DNA of 64,000 nucleotides from NCBI GenBank assembly GCA_965216875.1, contig OZ244207.1, positions 1,472,001-1,536,000 on the forward strand, read 5' to 3'. Under the pieces are notes generated by a model. It saw nothing but the letters and a program-made list of their open reading frames with translations. It had not been told where the DNA came from and searched no databases. Of this stretch, positions 46,579 to 55,214 are shown one piece after another (the first letter of the stretch is position 1; every line of letters starts with the position of its first letter). The stretch comes from Rubripirellula sp. GTDB lineage: Bacteria; Planctomycetota; Planctomycetia; Pirellulales; Pirellulaceae. The position numbers and the translations under genes are program-made.

Positions 46579-47022
46579 TTAGCCCCGCGTTTGTTGTTGT
46601 TTCAGTTCACTGAGTCTGTCATCCCGGCGCTGCAGCGGAATGAACCGTTGCACTTCGCTGGCCAGTTCTTCTGGCGACACTGGTTTCTCAAGGAAACCAC
46701 TTGCCCCAGCATCGATTGCCTCTGCATGTGTGTGAGGGCCGCCGTTACCGGTCAGAATGATCAGCGGGATGTCACGCACCGATTGGTTGTTGCGCATCCA
46801 GCTGAGCATTTCGATGCCTTGAACGCCTGGCATCTTGACGTCGCAGATCACCAGGTCAGGCTTTCGATTCGTGATTCTGCGAAAAGCTTGAATCGCGTTG
46901 TAGCAACTGGCGAAGCGAACAACGTACTTGCGAAAATAGCGGTGAAGCCCGCTGATAAAGTTTGGGTCGTCGTCGACGCACAGCACCCAGGGCGCATCAG
47001 CAAACGCAATTTCAGTATTCAT
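46579..47022 (-). CDS. Single-domain response regulator
   Basis: VLCVDDD, ICDVKMPG, ILTG, EKP. GGGGAGG upstream of ATG 47022. Confidence 0.88.
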   Translation of the reverse strand: MNTEIAFADAPWVLCVDDDPNFISGLHRYFRKYVVRFASCYNAIQAFRRITNRKPDLVICDVKMPGVQGIEMLSWMRNNQSVRDIPLIILTGNGGPHTHAEAIDAGASGFLEKPVSPEELASEVQRFIPLQRRDDRLSELKQQQTRG

Positions 47023-47042
47023 CGGATTCTGCCTCCCCGCGA

Positions 47043-47522
47043 CTAGCAGTTCGCCTCTTGCGACTGACAACTTCGACGCCAACGACCACGGCGAAAACCA
47101 TCGAGAATGCGACGCATTCGGCGCGAGTCGCCTTCCAGGTCAACGAACGTGCGTCCGTCAAAGAAGTCAACAAAGCCCGGCAACGTTTCGACAGTCGATG
47201 CATCGCTTACAAAGCCCATGCTCCATTGTCCGAAGTTGCGTTGCTCAATCTCTTCTTCAACCAACATCAGCACGGATGTGTGACGCTGGTCCTGAGAGAT
47301 CTTTTCGAAAAGCGATTCAACGACGCTTCGCTCACCTTCAAGGACTTGAAAGAACGTTGCGTCTTTGAAAAGCAAGACTCCGGTTACGCCCAGTCGCGTG
47401 TTGTTTTCTCGAGCTGCGTCAAGAAGGTTTGCAAGTTCCGCATCACTCATCGATACGGTTGCCGCGCTGGCGTAGACCAACTGAATCAGATCCCCGCCTG
47501 TGCCCAACTGGTTCGACATCAT
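47043..47522 (-). CDS. Short BLUF blue-light photoreceptor
   Basis: QLVYASAA (Tyr), ARENN, GVTGVLL, FFQVLEG (Gln), DQRH and FGQWSMGF (Trp/Met). Confidence 0.93.
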   Translation of the reverse strand: MMSNQLGTGGDLIQLVYASAATVSMSDAELANLLDAARENNTRLGVTGVLLFKDATFFQVLEGERSVVESLFEKISQDQRHTSVLMLVEEEIEQRNFGQWSMGFVSDASTVETLPGFVDFFDGRTFVDLEGDSRRMRRILDGFRRGRWRRSCQSQEANC

Positions 47523-47909
47523 CGAACTCCGGTCGAGGTAGAAACTGCCCTCAACGACCAAGAAAGAGTCGTTGCCCCTGGCTCAAAAAAGAGCCTTATC
47601 CACTGGAAGCGTTGGTCGCGGCAGACAGGCTGGCAACGCGATGTGCGACGAAGTCTCACGGTTTGCCGCAAGCGAATCCGTGACCTTCTCGGTTGCACCG
47701 GTCGCACCGTTTGTGCCGCGGCAAGCAAGGCCAATTCGGAGAGCAAGGGCCAAAAAGCAAGGGAAAGAAAAGATCGGTTTCTTGGTTTCGGTTCGTGGCG
47801 CGCACGGCGGCGTTCGGTCCTTGCTTTGTAACCCCGCTGCACGGGTTGTCGATAAACGGATGCGGCAGGCAGCGAGCCAAGCACACACCAATCTTTCTAA
47901 GGTTGCGCC

Positions 47910-49268
47910 ATGAGTCGTCGTAAGAAACGTCGAGCGGTTTTCGTTGAATGTCTCGAAGCACGTCGCTGCCTCACAGCGAGTTTCGGATGGGACGGGCCAG
48001 GGCAGGGATCTGCCGAGTTGTCCTATCACATCGGCCAGGCGCCCTCGGGATTGTCACAGGGCCAATACGAACAAGCGATCGAATCCGCGCTTGAGGCCTG
48101 GAGCGACGTCGTCGACGTGACCTTCACCCGAACGGAAGTGCCGAACCAACGCGACGCCATCGACTTTCGGGTACGACCGATCGATGGCGCTGGCGGAACG
48201 CTCGCGCAAGCCTACCTGCCCGACGATGTGAATCCGGCCCGAATCGCCGGCGATGTCGAATTTGACGCTGCCGAAACTTGGGAGATTGGGAATGATCTCG
48301 GCAATCGAGCGTTCGATTTACTTCATGTGGCCGTTCACGAAATTGGTCACGCGCTAGGCATCGAACATCTTGATCATCACGACAGTGTCTTGGCACCGTT
48401 CGTCAACGCGGCACAAAGTTTTACGGCCTTGTCTGCGCATGACATCGATGCCGCGCTCGCACTCTATGCACCCGCTGATCCTGCCATTGAGCAACCGAAT
48501 GAGGGGCTTGATCACGATAGTCATTCGCACGAAGACCATGAGCATGGCGAAGACGTCGTCGATGAGACAACACCGGCCGAAGAGGATGCATCCGACGAAC
48601 CGCAAGACACGGACTCCACGTCGAACCAACCAAGACGGTATTGGCGTCCGTGGTTCGGTTTCTTTGCGCGATGGCGGGGCGGATGGCCTTGGTTCCGCGC
48701 AGGAGCAAATGCGACACCAGCCCATAACGCGGACAATCCGGCAGACGTTGATGGGGACGGAGAGATTTCGTCACGTGACGCCCTCTCGGTGCTTGTCCAT
48801 CTTGTTGATCCGAACGCAACCGAAGGCATGATGACGGATGCGAACGGCGACGGCATCACCTCCCTTGCGGACGCACTCGTGGTCATCAATGCAATGCGTC
48901 AAGAAGCAGCCTCGGATGAGATGGAAGGTGCTGACATCGAAGACGATGAGAATGAGACGGCCGACCAACCTGAGGACTTCGATGAGACCGAGGGGCCTCT
49001 CGATGATCACGCTGATGAATCAGACGACGAGCCTGAGCCCAAGATAGATGATGATCCAGTGATCGACGAGGAGGACGACGATGATGACGAGTCAGAGGAC
49101 GACCTCGATGGAAGCGGTGAACCAGACGTCGCTGGCGGCGGAACCGACGAGGAAGAGGATGATTCAGAAGATGAGGAGGACGACCTCGAAGAGGATCTAG
49201 ACGAGGACAACGAGGACAACGAGGACAACGAGGTTGAACTCGACGAATACGGATGCCCGTTAGCCTAG
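47910..49268 (+). CDS. Matrixin (M10) metalloprotease with planctomycete export signal, dockerin-like domain and acidic tail
   Basis: RRKKRR...ECLEARRCL signal, DGAGGTLAQAY, HEIGHALGIEH, and DVDGDGEI / DANGDGIT repeats. Confidence 0.85.
   Translation: MSRRKKRRAVFVECLEARRCLTASFGWDGPGQGSAELSYHIGQAPSGLSQGQYEQAIESALEAWSDVVDVTFTRTEVPNQRDAIDFRVRPIDGAGGTLAQAYLPDDVNPARIAGDVEFDAAETWEIGNDLGNRAFDLLHVAVHEIGHALGIEHLDHHDSVLAPFVNAAQSFTALSAHDIDAALALYAPADPAIEQPNEGLDHDSHSHEDHEHGEDVVDETTPAEEDASDEPQDTDSTSNQPRRYWRPWFGFFARWRGGWPWFRAGANATPAHNADNPADVDGDGEISSRDALSVLVHLVDPNATEGMMTDANGDGITSLADALVVINAMRQEAASDEMEGADIEDDENETADQPEDFDETEGPLDDHADESDDEPEPKIDDDPVIDEEDDDDDESEDDLDGSGEPDVAGGGTDEEEDDSEDEEDDLEEDLDEDNEDNEDNEVELDEYGCPLA
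49201..49233. repeat. 9-nt tandem repeat (acgaggaca) in the acidic tail
   Basis: acgaggacaacgaggacaacgaggacaacgagg encodes EDN repeats. Confidence 0.8.
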
Positions 49269-49284
49269 TGCTGCGTCTAGCCTT

Positions 49285-49323
49285 GTAGGCCGGATCAAGG
49301 AGCGACAGCGACGCAGATCCGGC
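49285..49323. repeat. GTAG-type REP element
   Basis: gtaggccggatc...gatccggc between convergent genes, similar in form to enterobacterial REPs. Confidence 0.65.
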
Positions 49324-49365
49324 GTATGTGAGCTGAACGCGCTACCCCGATTACGTTTTCCGCTG

Positions 49366-51870
49366 CTACTCCTTCCAGCGGATGTCGCCTTTGCGTTGAC
49401 GGATCTTCCATTTTTCGATCCCTGGTTCGCGGCGGACCGGGTTGTCTTGATCGGCTCGGAAATAGAGCGTCGTCCCGGTGATGCGTTGCAGGTTTTCCAA
49501 GGCAAACGCACGAACGGCCATCGAAGAGGAGTCGAGATACGCGACAAGTTCTTTATCGCCGCCCGCTTTGAGTTGTTGTTGTGAGTAACCAACAAGCATG
49601 CGTTGCAAATCGCGCGCATGGGCTGAATCGAGGTTCACGATCGCTCGGTTGATCGATTCGGCGCTGACCGAATTGAGGTCGATTGCGTCAAGAAGCGATT
49701 GGAAATGGCTTCCCCAATAGAGTCTTTGTTTGGGTTGGTTCATGATCCCATCACCGCCGAAATAGATATCCGCCCGACCCATCAGCAGGAGAGTTCGTGC
49801 GGCGAGGGCAGCGACTTCGGATCGACGAAACGATGTTGCTTCGGTGAGTGCGAGCTCAAGCGACGGCGCGCCCTGCAAGACAGCGAGCAATCCATCGCGC
49901 GCACTCGACTCAATCGACACCACACCGCTGGCCGGCGGATCGATCCATGGCAAGATCGAATCAACAGGGCTTGTCTCTTCGGACGAGTCGCCTTTTCGGA
50001 TCCATTGCACTCCTGTCGCGAGTTCATGTTCTTTGCTTTCGCTTGTGATGGTGAGCGGACCCTGTACGGCCAACGCTGCCATGAAGCGAGTGCGATTCTT
50101 CACGACGAGAGGATCCAGGCCTGGTGGTCGACTGAATTTCACACTCGCTGCGGCAGTTGCTCCCGCATCTTTAAATTGAAATTTAACGGGATGCCCTCCG
50201 AGGATGACCGTCATGTTGACACCCGGTTCATTGGCCTTGATGAGCACGCGACCGAATTGAACGTCGACGGTGAGTTGGCCACCATCGTCCTTGAGCACTA
50301 AACGACTGGCGCCGACCGAAGTGATTTCGGTGTTGTTGCTTGCTTGGAACGTCGCGCGGAAGGTCGGTGCAACAACAAGCGGCGTCCCGTCGCCGATCGC
50401 GGCGCCCGGTTTCAACCGCGTCCAATTGCCGCCGGATTGGCCTGTGACAATCAATGTTGGCCCATCGCCAAGCTTGGCAATTTCGACGGCTGGCGGTTTG
50501 GCCAAGTCATCGGGGTCGACGGGGGCCTCTTGCCCATTGGGATCATCAACGGGGGGTGGAGGCACAGGGGCGCCGGCTTCGCCAACCGTTGGTGGCACCG
50601 GCGGCGCGTCATTGGAAGCTGAATCCAACTTGTCGAGCGGAATCAATTCCATCTCGCCGATCGGCTTGACCTCTTCGCTAACCTCAACCGAAGCGGGAGC
50701 CCCGTTGGGATTGGGATCGACCGCAACGGGAATGGATTCGCCCGTGTCTTTGTCTGGGGCAGGCATCGGCAATGCATCGCCACCCGGAACTGGCGGCGCG
50801 AGATCATCAACATCGATCATGGCTTCTTCGATGTCCACGGATGCTTCGCCGCTGTTTTCGTCGTTTTCGTTGTCGACGGCGGCCGGCAGTACATCCGCTT
50901 GTTCGACCGGTTCCTGACCTTCGTCAACCGCGGGCGCCGGAATCACTTCCGCCCCCTCAGACGTTCCGATCTCTTCTGGGTTTGCATTCGTTTGATCGGT
51001 CGCGCCATTCGTTTGGTCGGATTCTGGCTCACCATCGGCTTGTTGGTTGTTTTCAACGATGGGGGAAAGATCGCCGTCCGCCTCGGCCAGCTTGCCATTG
51101 TCCAACAACGGGTAGAAGATTCGCGCGAGCGCAAAGAGGGTCACCGCGGTAAGGGCGAGGGTGACCAGCCAAGGTGTGATTCGTGAGGTTCGAACCGTTC
51201 CCCCGTAGAGAGAAGTTTCATCGGTCGCTCGCGGTTTAGTCCCGGCGATGGCGGGACCGGTTCCCGCGTTTGAAAGCGCATCATCGACCACGCCTGCTTC
51301 GCGCAGACGCGTTGGTGCGTCGGACACACCGGAATCTGCGATGCCAACCGGTTTGACGTCGCTTGGAGGTTCAGCCGCATTGGCATCGGCGGTCAGGATG
51401 TCGTCCTGCGAAGGGCCTAGATCGGGGCTTTCGGGAATGGAGACTGCCGAAAAGCTGCCAGAGGGCGTTGCGATCGATTCGATATTCTTTTCCGGGAGTT
51501 CGTAAATTCGTTGTCGCAGTTCGGGCGAAACCTCTGCCGACTTTCCCAGAATCAGAGTCAAAATTTGGTGACACGCGGCAGCCTCGGCCAGATGCGTGTC
51601 GGATTCCAAGCAGGCACGCTCGATTTCCGCAACCTGCTCGGGGGTCAACGTGCTGTCTAAGTACTCGCTGATCACATTGGCGTCTTCAACCGGGCCAACT
51701 GAATCGGGAGTCGGCGCGGAAAGTTCTCCATTGACCAAGCTTTGGCGAATGCGTTGAACGAGCGTTGTCGCAAATCCACTCTCGGACAGCTTGTCACGCA
51801 ATGCGCTGGCATCATCGGGGTCAAGCGTGTTGTCGAGATAAGCCAGCAGCGTACGCAGAGTCAATCGCAT
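49366..51870 (-). CDS. Conserved planctomycete membrane protein (anti-sigma-like N-terminus, Pro/acidic linker)
   Basis: MRLTLRTLLAYLD start, EYLDSTL...LAEAAACHQIL, one TM helix, and a large beta/helical C-terminus. Confidence 0.7.
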   Translation of the reverse strand: MRLTLRTLLAYLDNTLDPDDASALRDKLSESGFATTLVQRIRQSLVNGELSAPTPDSVGPVEDANVISEYLDSTLTPEQVAEIERACLESDTHLAEAAACHQILTLILGKSAEVSPELRQRIYELPEKNIESIATPSGSFSAVSIPESPDLGPSQDDILTADANAAEPPSDVKPVGIADSGVSDAPTRLREAGVVDDALSNAGTGPAIAGTKPRATDETSLYGGTVRTSRITPWLVTLALTAVTLFALARIFYPLLDNGKLAEADGDLSPIVENNQQADGEPESDQTNGATDQTNANPEEIGTSEGAEVIPAPAVDEGQEPVEQADVLPAAVDNENDENSGEASVDIEEAMIDVDDLAPPVPGGDALPMPAPDKDTGESIPVAVDPNPNGAPASVEVSEEVKPIGEMELIPLDKLDSASNDAPPVPPTVGEAGAPVPPPPVDDPNGQEAPVDPDDLAKPPAVEIAKLGDGPTLIVTGQSGGNWTRLKPGAAIGDGTPLVVAPTFRATFQASNNTEITSVGASRLVLKDDGGQLTVDVQFGRVLIKANEPGVNMTVILGGHPVKFQFKDAGATAAASVKFSRPPGLDPLVVKNRTRFMAALAVQGPLTITSESKEHELATGVQWIRKGDSSEETSPVDSILPWIDPPASGVVSIESSARDGLLAVLQGAPSLELALTEATSFRRSEVAALAARTLLLMGRADIYFGGDGIMNQPKQRLYWGSHFQSLLDAIDLNSVSAESINRAIVNLDSAHARDLQRMLVGYSQQQLKAGGDKELVAYLDSSSMAVRAFALENLQRITGTTLYFRADQDNPVRREPGIEKWKIRQRKGDIRWKE

Positions 51871-52084
51871 TGGTTCAGTCTCATCGGAGCGGAAAAACGT
51901 GCCGTTTCTCTATTTGTGTCCAATGCCCGACCAACCCGTGCGAGATTTTGCAGTTTTTGCAAAAAGAGTTTGAAATTGCAGGCGATCGTCGATGCGAAGC
52001 GATCTCTCTGAATCGTCACAAAAACACCTGTGGGCAACGGGGTAGGGTGCACCGACCATCACCCAACTCGGTTACACTCTATGC

Positions 52085-52978
52085 ATGTCAGCATCCACTG
52101 AATCCATTCCATTGTTGTCACCCGATTTGCTCGCTCGGCTCGAACGTCTTGAGTTGGTGTCGCGCAAAGTGTTCCGCGGTCGCATGAAAGGTGAACGACG
52201 CAGTCGACGGAAAGGTCAAAGCGTCGAGTTTGCCGACTTTCGAAACTATGTTGCCGGTGATGACCTGCGGTTGATCGACTGGAATCTGTACGCGCGACTT
52301 GATCAGCTCTTCCTAAAGCTCTTTTTGGAAGAGGAAGACCTGCACTTTTATGGCATCTTCGATTGCAGCGAATCGATGAACTTTGGTGATCCCACCAAGT
52401 TGCATGTTGCCAAGCAGCTTGCCGCGGCACTGGGATACGTCGGCCTTTGTCGCGCGGACCGAGTGAGTGTGTCGGCGCTTGGGCCTCAGGGGCGGACCGC
52501 ACCGGTGCTTCGCGGCCGAGCGAGCCTTTGGAAGATGCTCAACTACCTCGAGTCGGTCGAAGCTGGCGGGAACGTTTCCCTTTACGACGGCGTACGCGAT
52601 TTTTCGATTCGCAACTCGGGAACGGGGATCGCCGTTTTGCTGACTGACTTGATGGACAAAACGGGGTACGAATCAGCGCTGCGGATGCTCGTCGGGCGTC
52701 GCATGGATGTTTTTGTCATGCATATCCTTTCGCCCGAGGAAATCGATCCGCCGCTGCGTGGCGATCGCAAGCTGATCGATGTCGAAGACGCCGACGAAGC
52801 TGAGATCACGATCAACGCCTACGTGTTGGAAAAGTACAAGGAAACGCTGCAGTCTTTCATCGGATCGGTCAAGACTTTCTGCAGTCGACGTTCGATTGTC
52901 TACATTCCGGTGAGAACGGACACGTCGGTCGAGACCATTGTGACTCACTATCTTCGTGAACGTGGGGTGGTGCGATGA
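52085..52978 (+). CDS. DUF58 domain protein
   Basis: GQSVEFADFRNYVAGDDLRLIDWNLYAR and DCSESM. Confidence 0.93.
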   Translation: MSASTESIPLLSPDLLARLERLELVSRKVFRGRMKGERRSRRKGQSVEFADFRNYVAGDDLRLIDWNLYARLDQLFLKLFLEEEDLHFYGIFDCSESMNFGDPTKLHVAKQLAAALGYVGLCRADRVSVSALGPQGRTAPVLRGRASLWKMLNYLESVEAGGNVSLYDGVRDFSIRNSGTGIAVLLTDLMDKTGYESALRMLVGRRMDVFVMHILSPEEIDPPLRGDRKLIDVEDADEAEITINAYVLEKYKETLQSFIGSVKTFCSRRSIVYIPVRTDTSVETIVTHYLRERGVVR

Positions 52979-55077
52979 GTTGGATTTCGGCACTCCAACC
53001 CTGGCAGTGGGCTCTGCTTTCTGCGATTCCGGTTGGAATCATCCTGCTTTACTTTCTGAAACTTCGACGCGAGCCGGTTCAGGTCCCGAGTACCTACCTC
53101 TGGTCTCGAACGATCGAGGATCTGCACGTCAACAGTTTGTTGCAACGTTTGCGCCGCAACATTCTGCTGCTGTTGCAACTGTTGGCTGTGGCCTTTGCCG
53201 CAATCGCACTGATGCGTCCGGGGATTCGTGGCGAAGACAAAGACCAACGTCGGATCGTGTTCTTGCTTGACACGTCGGCCAGCATGCAGGCGACCGATGT
53301 CGAAGACGATAAGAGTCGGTTCGAGCAGGCCAAGCGAATGATTCGCGAACGCATCGACTCGATCAGTGCAAACGAAAGTTTGATGTTGGTGACTTTCAGC
53401 GATCGCGCCGAAGTGTTGCAGTCGTTCACGACCGACCGATCTCGCCTCCGTGACGCGCTCAATCGCGCGAGCGTGACCAACCATCCCACCGATATACTTG
53501 GCGCACTCAAGGCCGCCGACGGGTTAGCGAACCCACGCCGCTCTTCGGAAGTTGGCGATGTGAATGACGTGCAGGTTGCTGATGCGCTGCCGGCAGACTT
53601 GCTCATCTACAGTGATGGCGGCTTTCAGAGTGTTACTGAATTTGACCTTGGTAACCTGATCCCGCAGTACATCGCGGTCGGTGAGAAGACCGTCACCAAC
53701 TTGGCGATCACTGCATTTTCAGCCGAGCGGAATGTCGAGAATCCCTCTGAGGTGCAGGCGTTTGCGACGATTGTGAATCTCGGGACCGTCGATGCCACTG
53801 CCGTGGCGACGCTCACACGCGAAAGCAGTGAAGAGGATCTTGAGGGCGCCGAACGCGTTTCGCTTGAACCGGGTGAACAGGTGGGGATCGAATTCAGTTT
53901 GGACAGCGAAGACGCGGTGTCCCTGAAATTGAAGCTGACCAACGAAGGCTCGGACGATTTGTACGACGACGACCTTGCCATCGATAACGTTGCCTTTGCA
54001 GGTTTGACGCCGATGCGAACGGTTTCGGTGTTGGTGATCACCGACGGCAACACGCCGCTTCGGCTTGGAACCAGTACGGACAAGGCGGCCAAGATTTGCG
54101 ATGCCGAATTCAAATTGACGTCCTACCTCGATACGGATGAATACGCCCAACGTGCCAGGACCGGCAACGATGATTTGATCATCTACGATCGATGCTCACC
54201 GTCGCAGATGCCGCTCACCAACACGTTCTTCATCGGTGCGCTTCCGCCCGATCCCGATAGCGTTGATGACGAATCGGAAAGTGAGTCACCGCCCGAGGCA
54301 GAGGAATCGGAGACGGCGTCCACCGACGAAGGGGCAACCAACACCGGTGTTCCCGGCAAATGGGAATGGGCAACCGAACGGTCCGGCGTGGTTCTGATTG
54401 ATATGGATCGCACGCATCCGATCATGCGCTTCATCGAAGTCTTTTCGCTGCTGATTTTTGACGGACGCGCGATCACGGGGCCTCCCGGATCGAGCGAGTT
54501 GGTGGGGGCTGACATTGGACCAATGATGGTCATCGCACCTCGCGATGGTTTTCAAGACATGGTGCTTGGCTTCGATATCGTGGCCGAAATGGACGGCAGC
54601 CTGCAGGCCAACACGAACTGGTATGCCGAGCGGTCGTGGCCCGTGTTTGTTCTTAATGTGCTTCGTTACCTGGCCGGTGCGGCCGAATCGAGCGGTGCCC
54701 CTTCGTTCCAGCCTGGCCAGGTCGTGCAACTGCGTCTGGAAAGTGCCATCACCGATGCGGAGTATTCACGGATCGGAGGTAAGAAGGAGAAGGTGCAGCC
54801 TGGTGCCAGCGGCATTGTTGAGGTTGTCGAGACCGAAGAGGTGGGCAACTACCGCGTGGAGGCGGGCGGCCAGCTTGCCGACTTGTTTACGGTGAATCTA
54901 TTCGATGGCGTCGAGAGCCAACTCGCGGTCGCCGAAAGCGTCGACTTGGGCTACGAAAAGGTTACTGCCGTGACAGCCGGGATCGAACAACGTGTCGAGT
55001 ATTGGCGGTTAGTCCTGCTGGTGATGCTTCTTCTTCTGGCTGGCGAATGGTGGCTCTACACTCGTCGCGTTGCCTAG
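52975..55077 (+). CDS. BatA-domain / vWA membrane protein
   Basis: N-terminal BatA motif (LLYFLKLRR...VPSTYLW), MIDAS LDTSASM, YSDG, and C-terminal TM with EWW. Confidence 0.88.
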   Translation: MSWISALQPWQWALLSAIPVGIILLYFLKLRREPVQVPSTYLWSRTIEDLHVNSLLQRLRRNILLLLQLLAVAFAAIALMRPGIRGEDKDQRRIVFLLDTSASMQATDVEDDKSRFEQAKRMIRERIDSISANESLMLVTFSDRAEVLQSFTTDRSRLRDALNRASVTNHPTDILGALKAADGLANPRRSSEVGDVNDVQVADALPADLLIYSDGGFQSVTEFDLGNLIPQYIAVGEKTVTNLAITAFSAERNVENPSEVQAFATIVNLGTVDATAVATLTRESSEEDLEGAERVSLEPGEQVGIEFSLDSEDAVSLKLKLTNEGSDDLYDDDLAIDNVAFAGLTPMRTVSVLVITDGNTPLRLGTSTDKAAKICDAEFKLTSYLDTDEYAQRARTGNDDLIIYDRCSPSQMPLTNTFFIGALPPDPDSVDDESESESPPEAEESETASTDEGATNTGVPGKWEWATERSGVVLIDMDRTHPIMRFIEVFSLLIFDGRAITGPPGSSELVGADIGPMMVIAPRDGFQDMVLGFDIVAEMDGSLQANTNWYAERSWPVFVLNVLRYLAGAAESSGAPSFQPGQVVQLRLESAITDAEYSRIGGKKEKVQPGASGIVEVVETEEVGNYRVEAGGQLADLFTVNLFDGVESQLAVAESVDLGYEKVTAVTAGIEQRVEYWRLVLLVMLLLLAGEWWLYTRRVA

Positions 55078-55214
55078 CTCGCGTTGGGTGCGAACCAGCC
55101 GCTGTGTGAGGTTTCGGAATCGGGGCCGACGCGCGGCCGAGATTTGGCTTACAATGGGCATCCCTCCAAGATCCCACCTATTTCCGCCGTTGGCTCGCAG
55201 CCAACTCAAGCGAT

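Noticed and set aside
52085..55077. Missing MoxR ATPase beside DUF58/vWA as a novelty
   Set aside because: MoxR partners can be encoded elsewhere in the genome, so absence from this window is uninformative.
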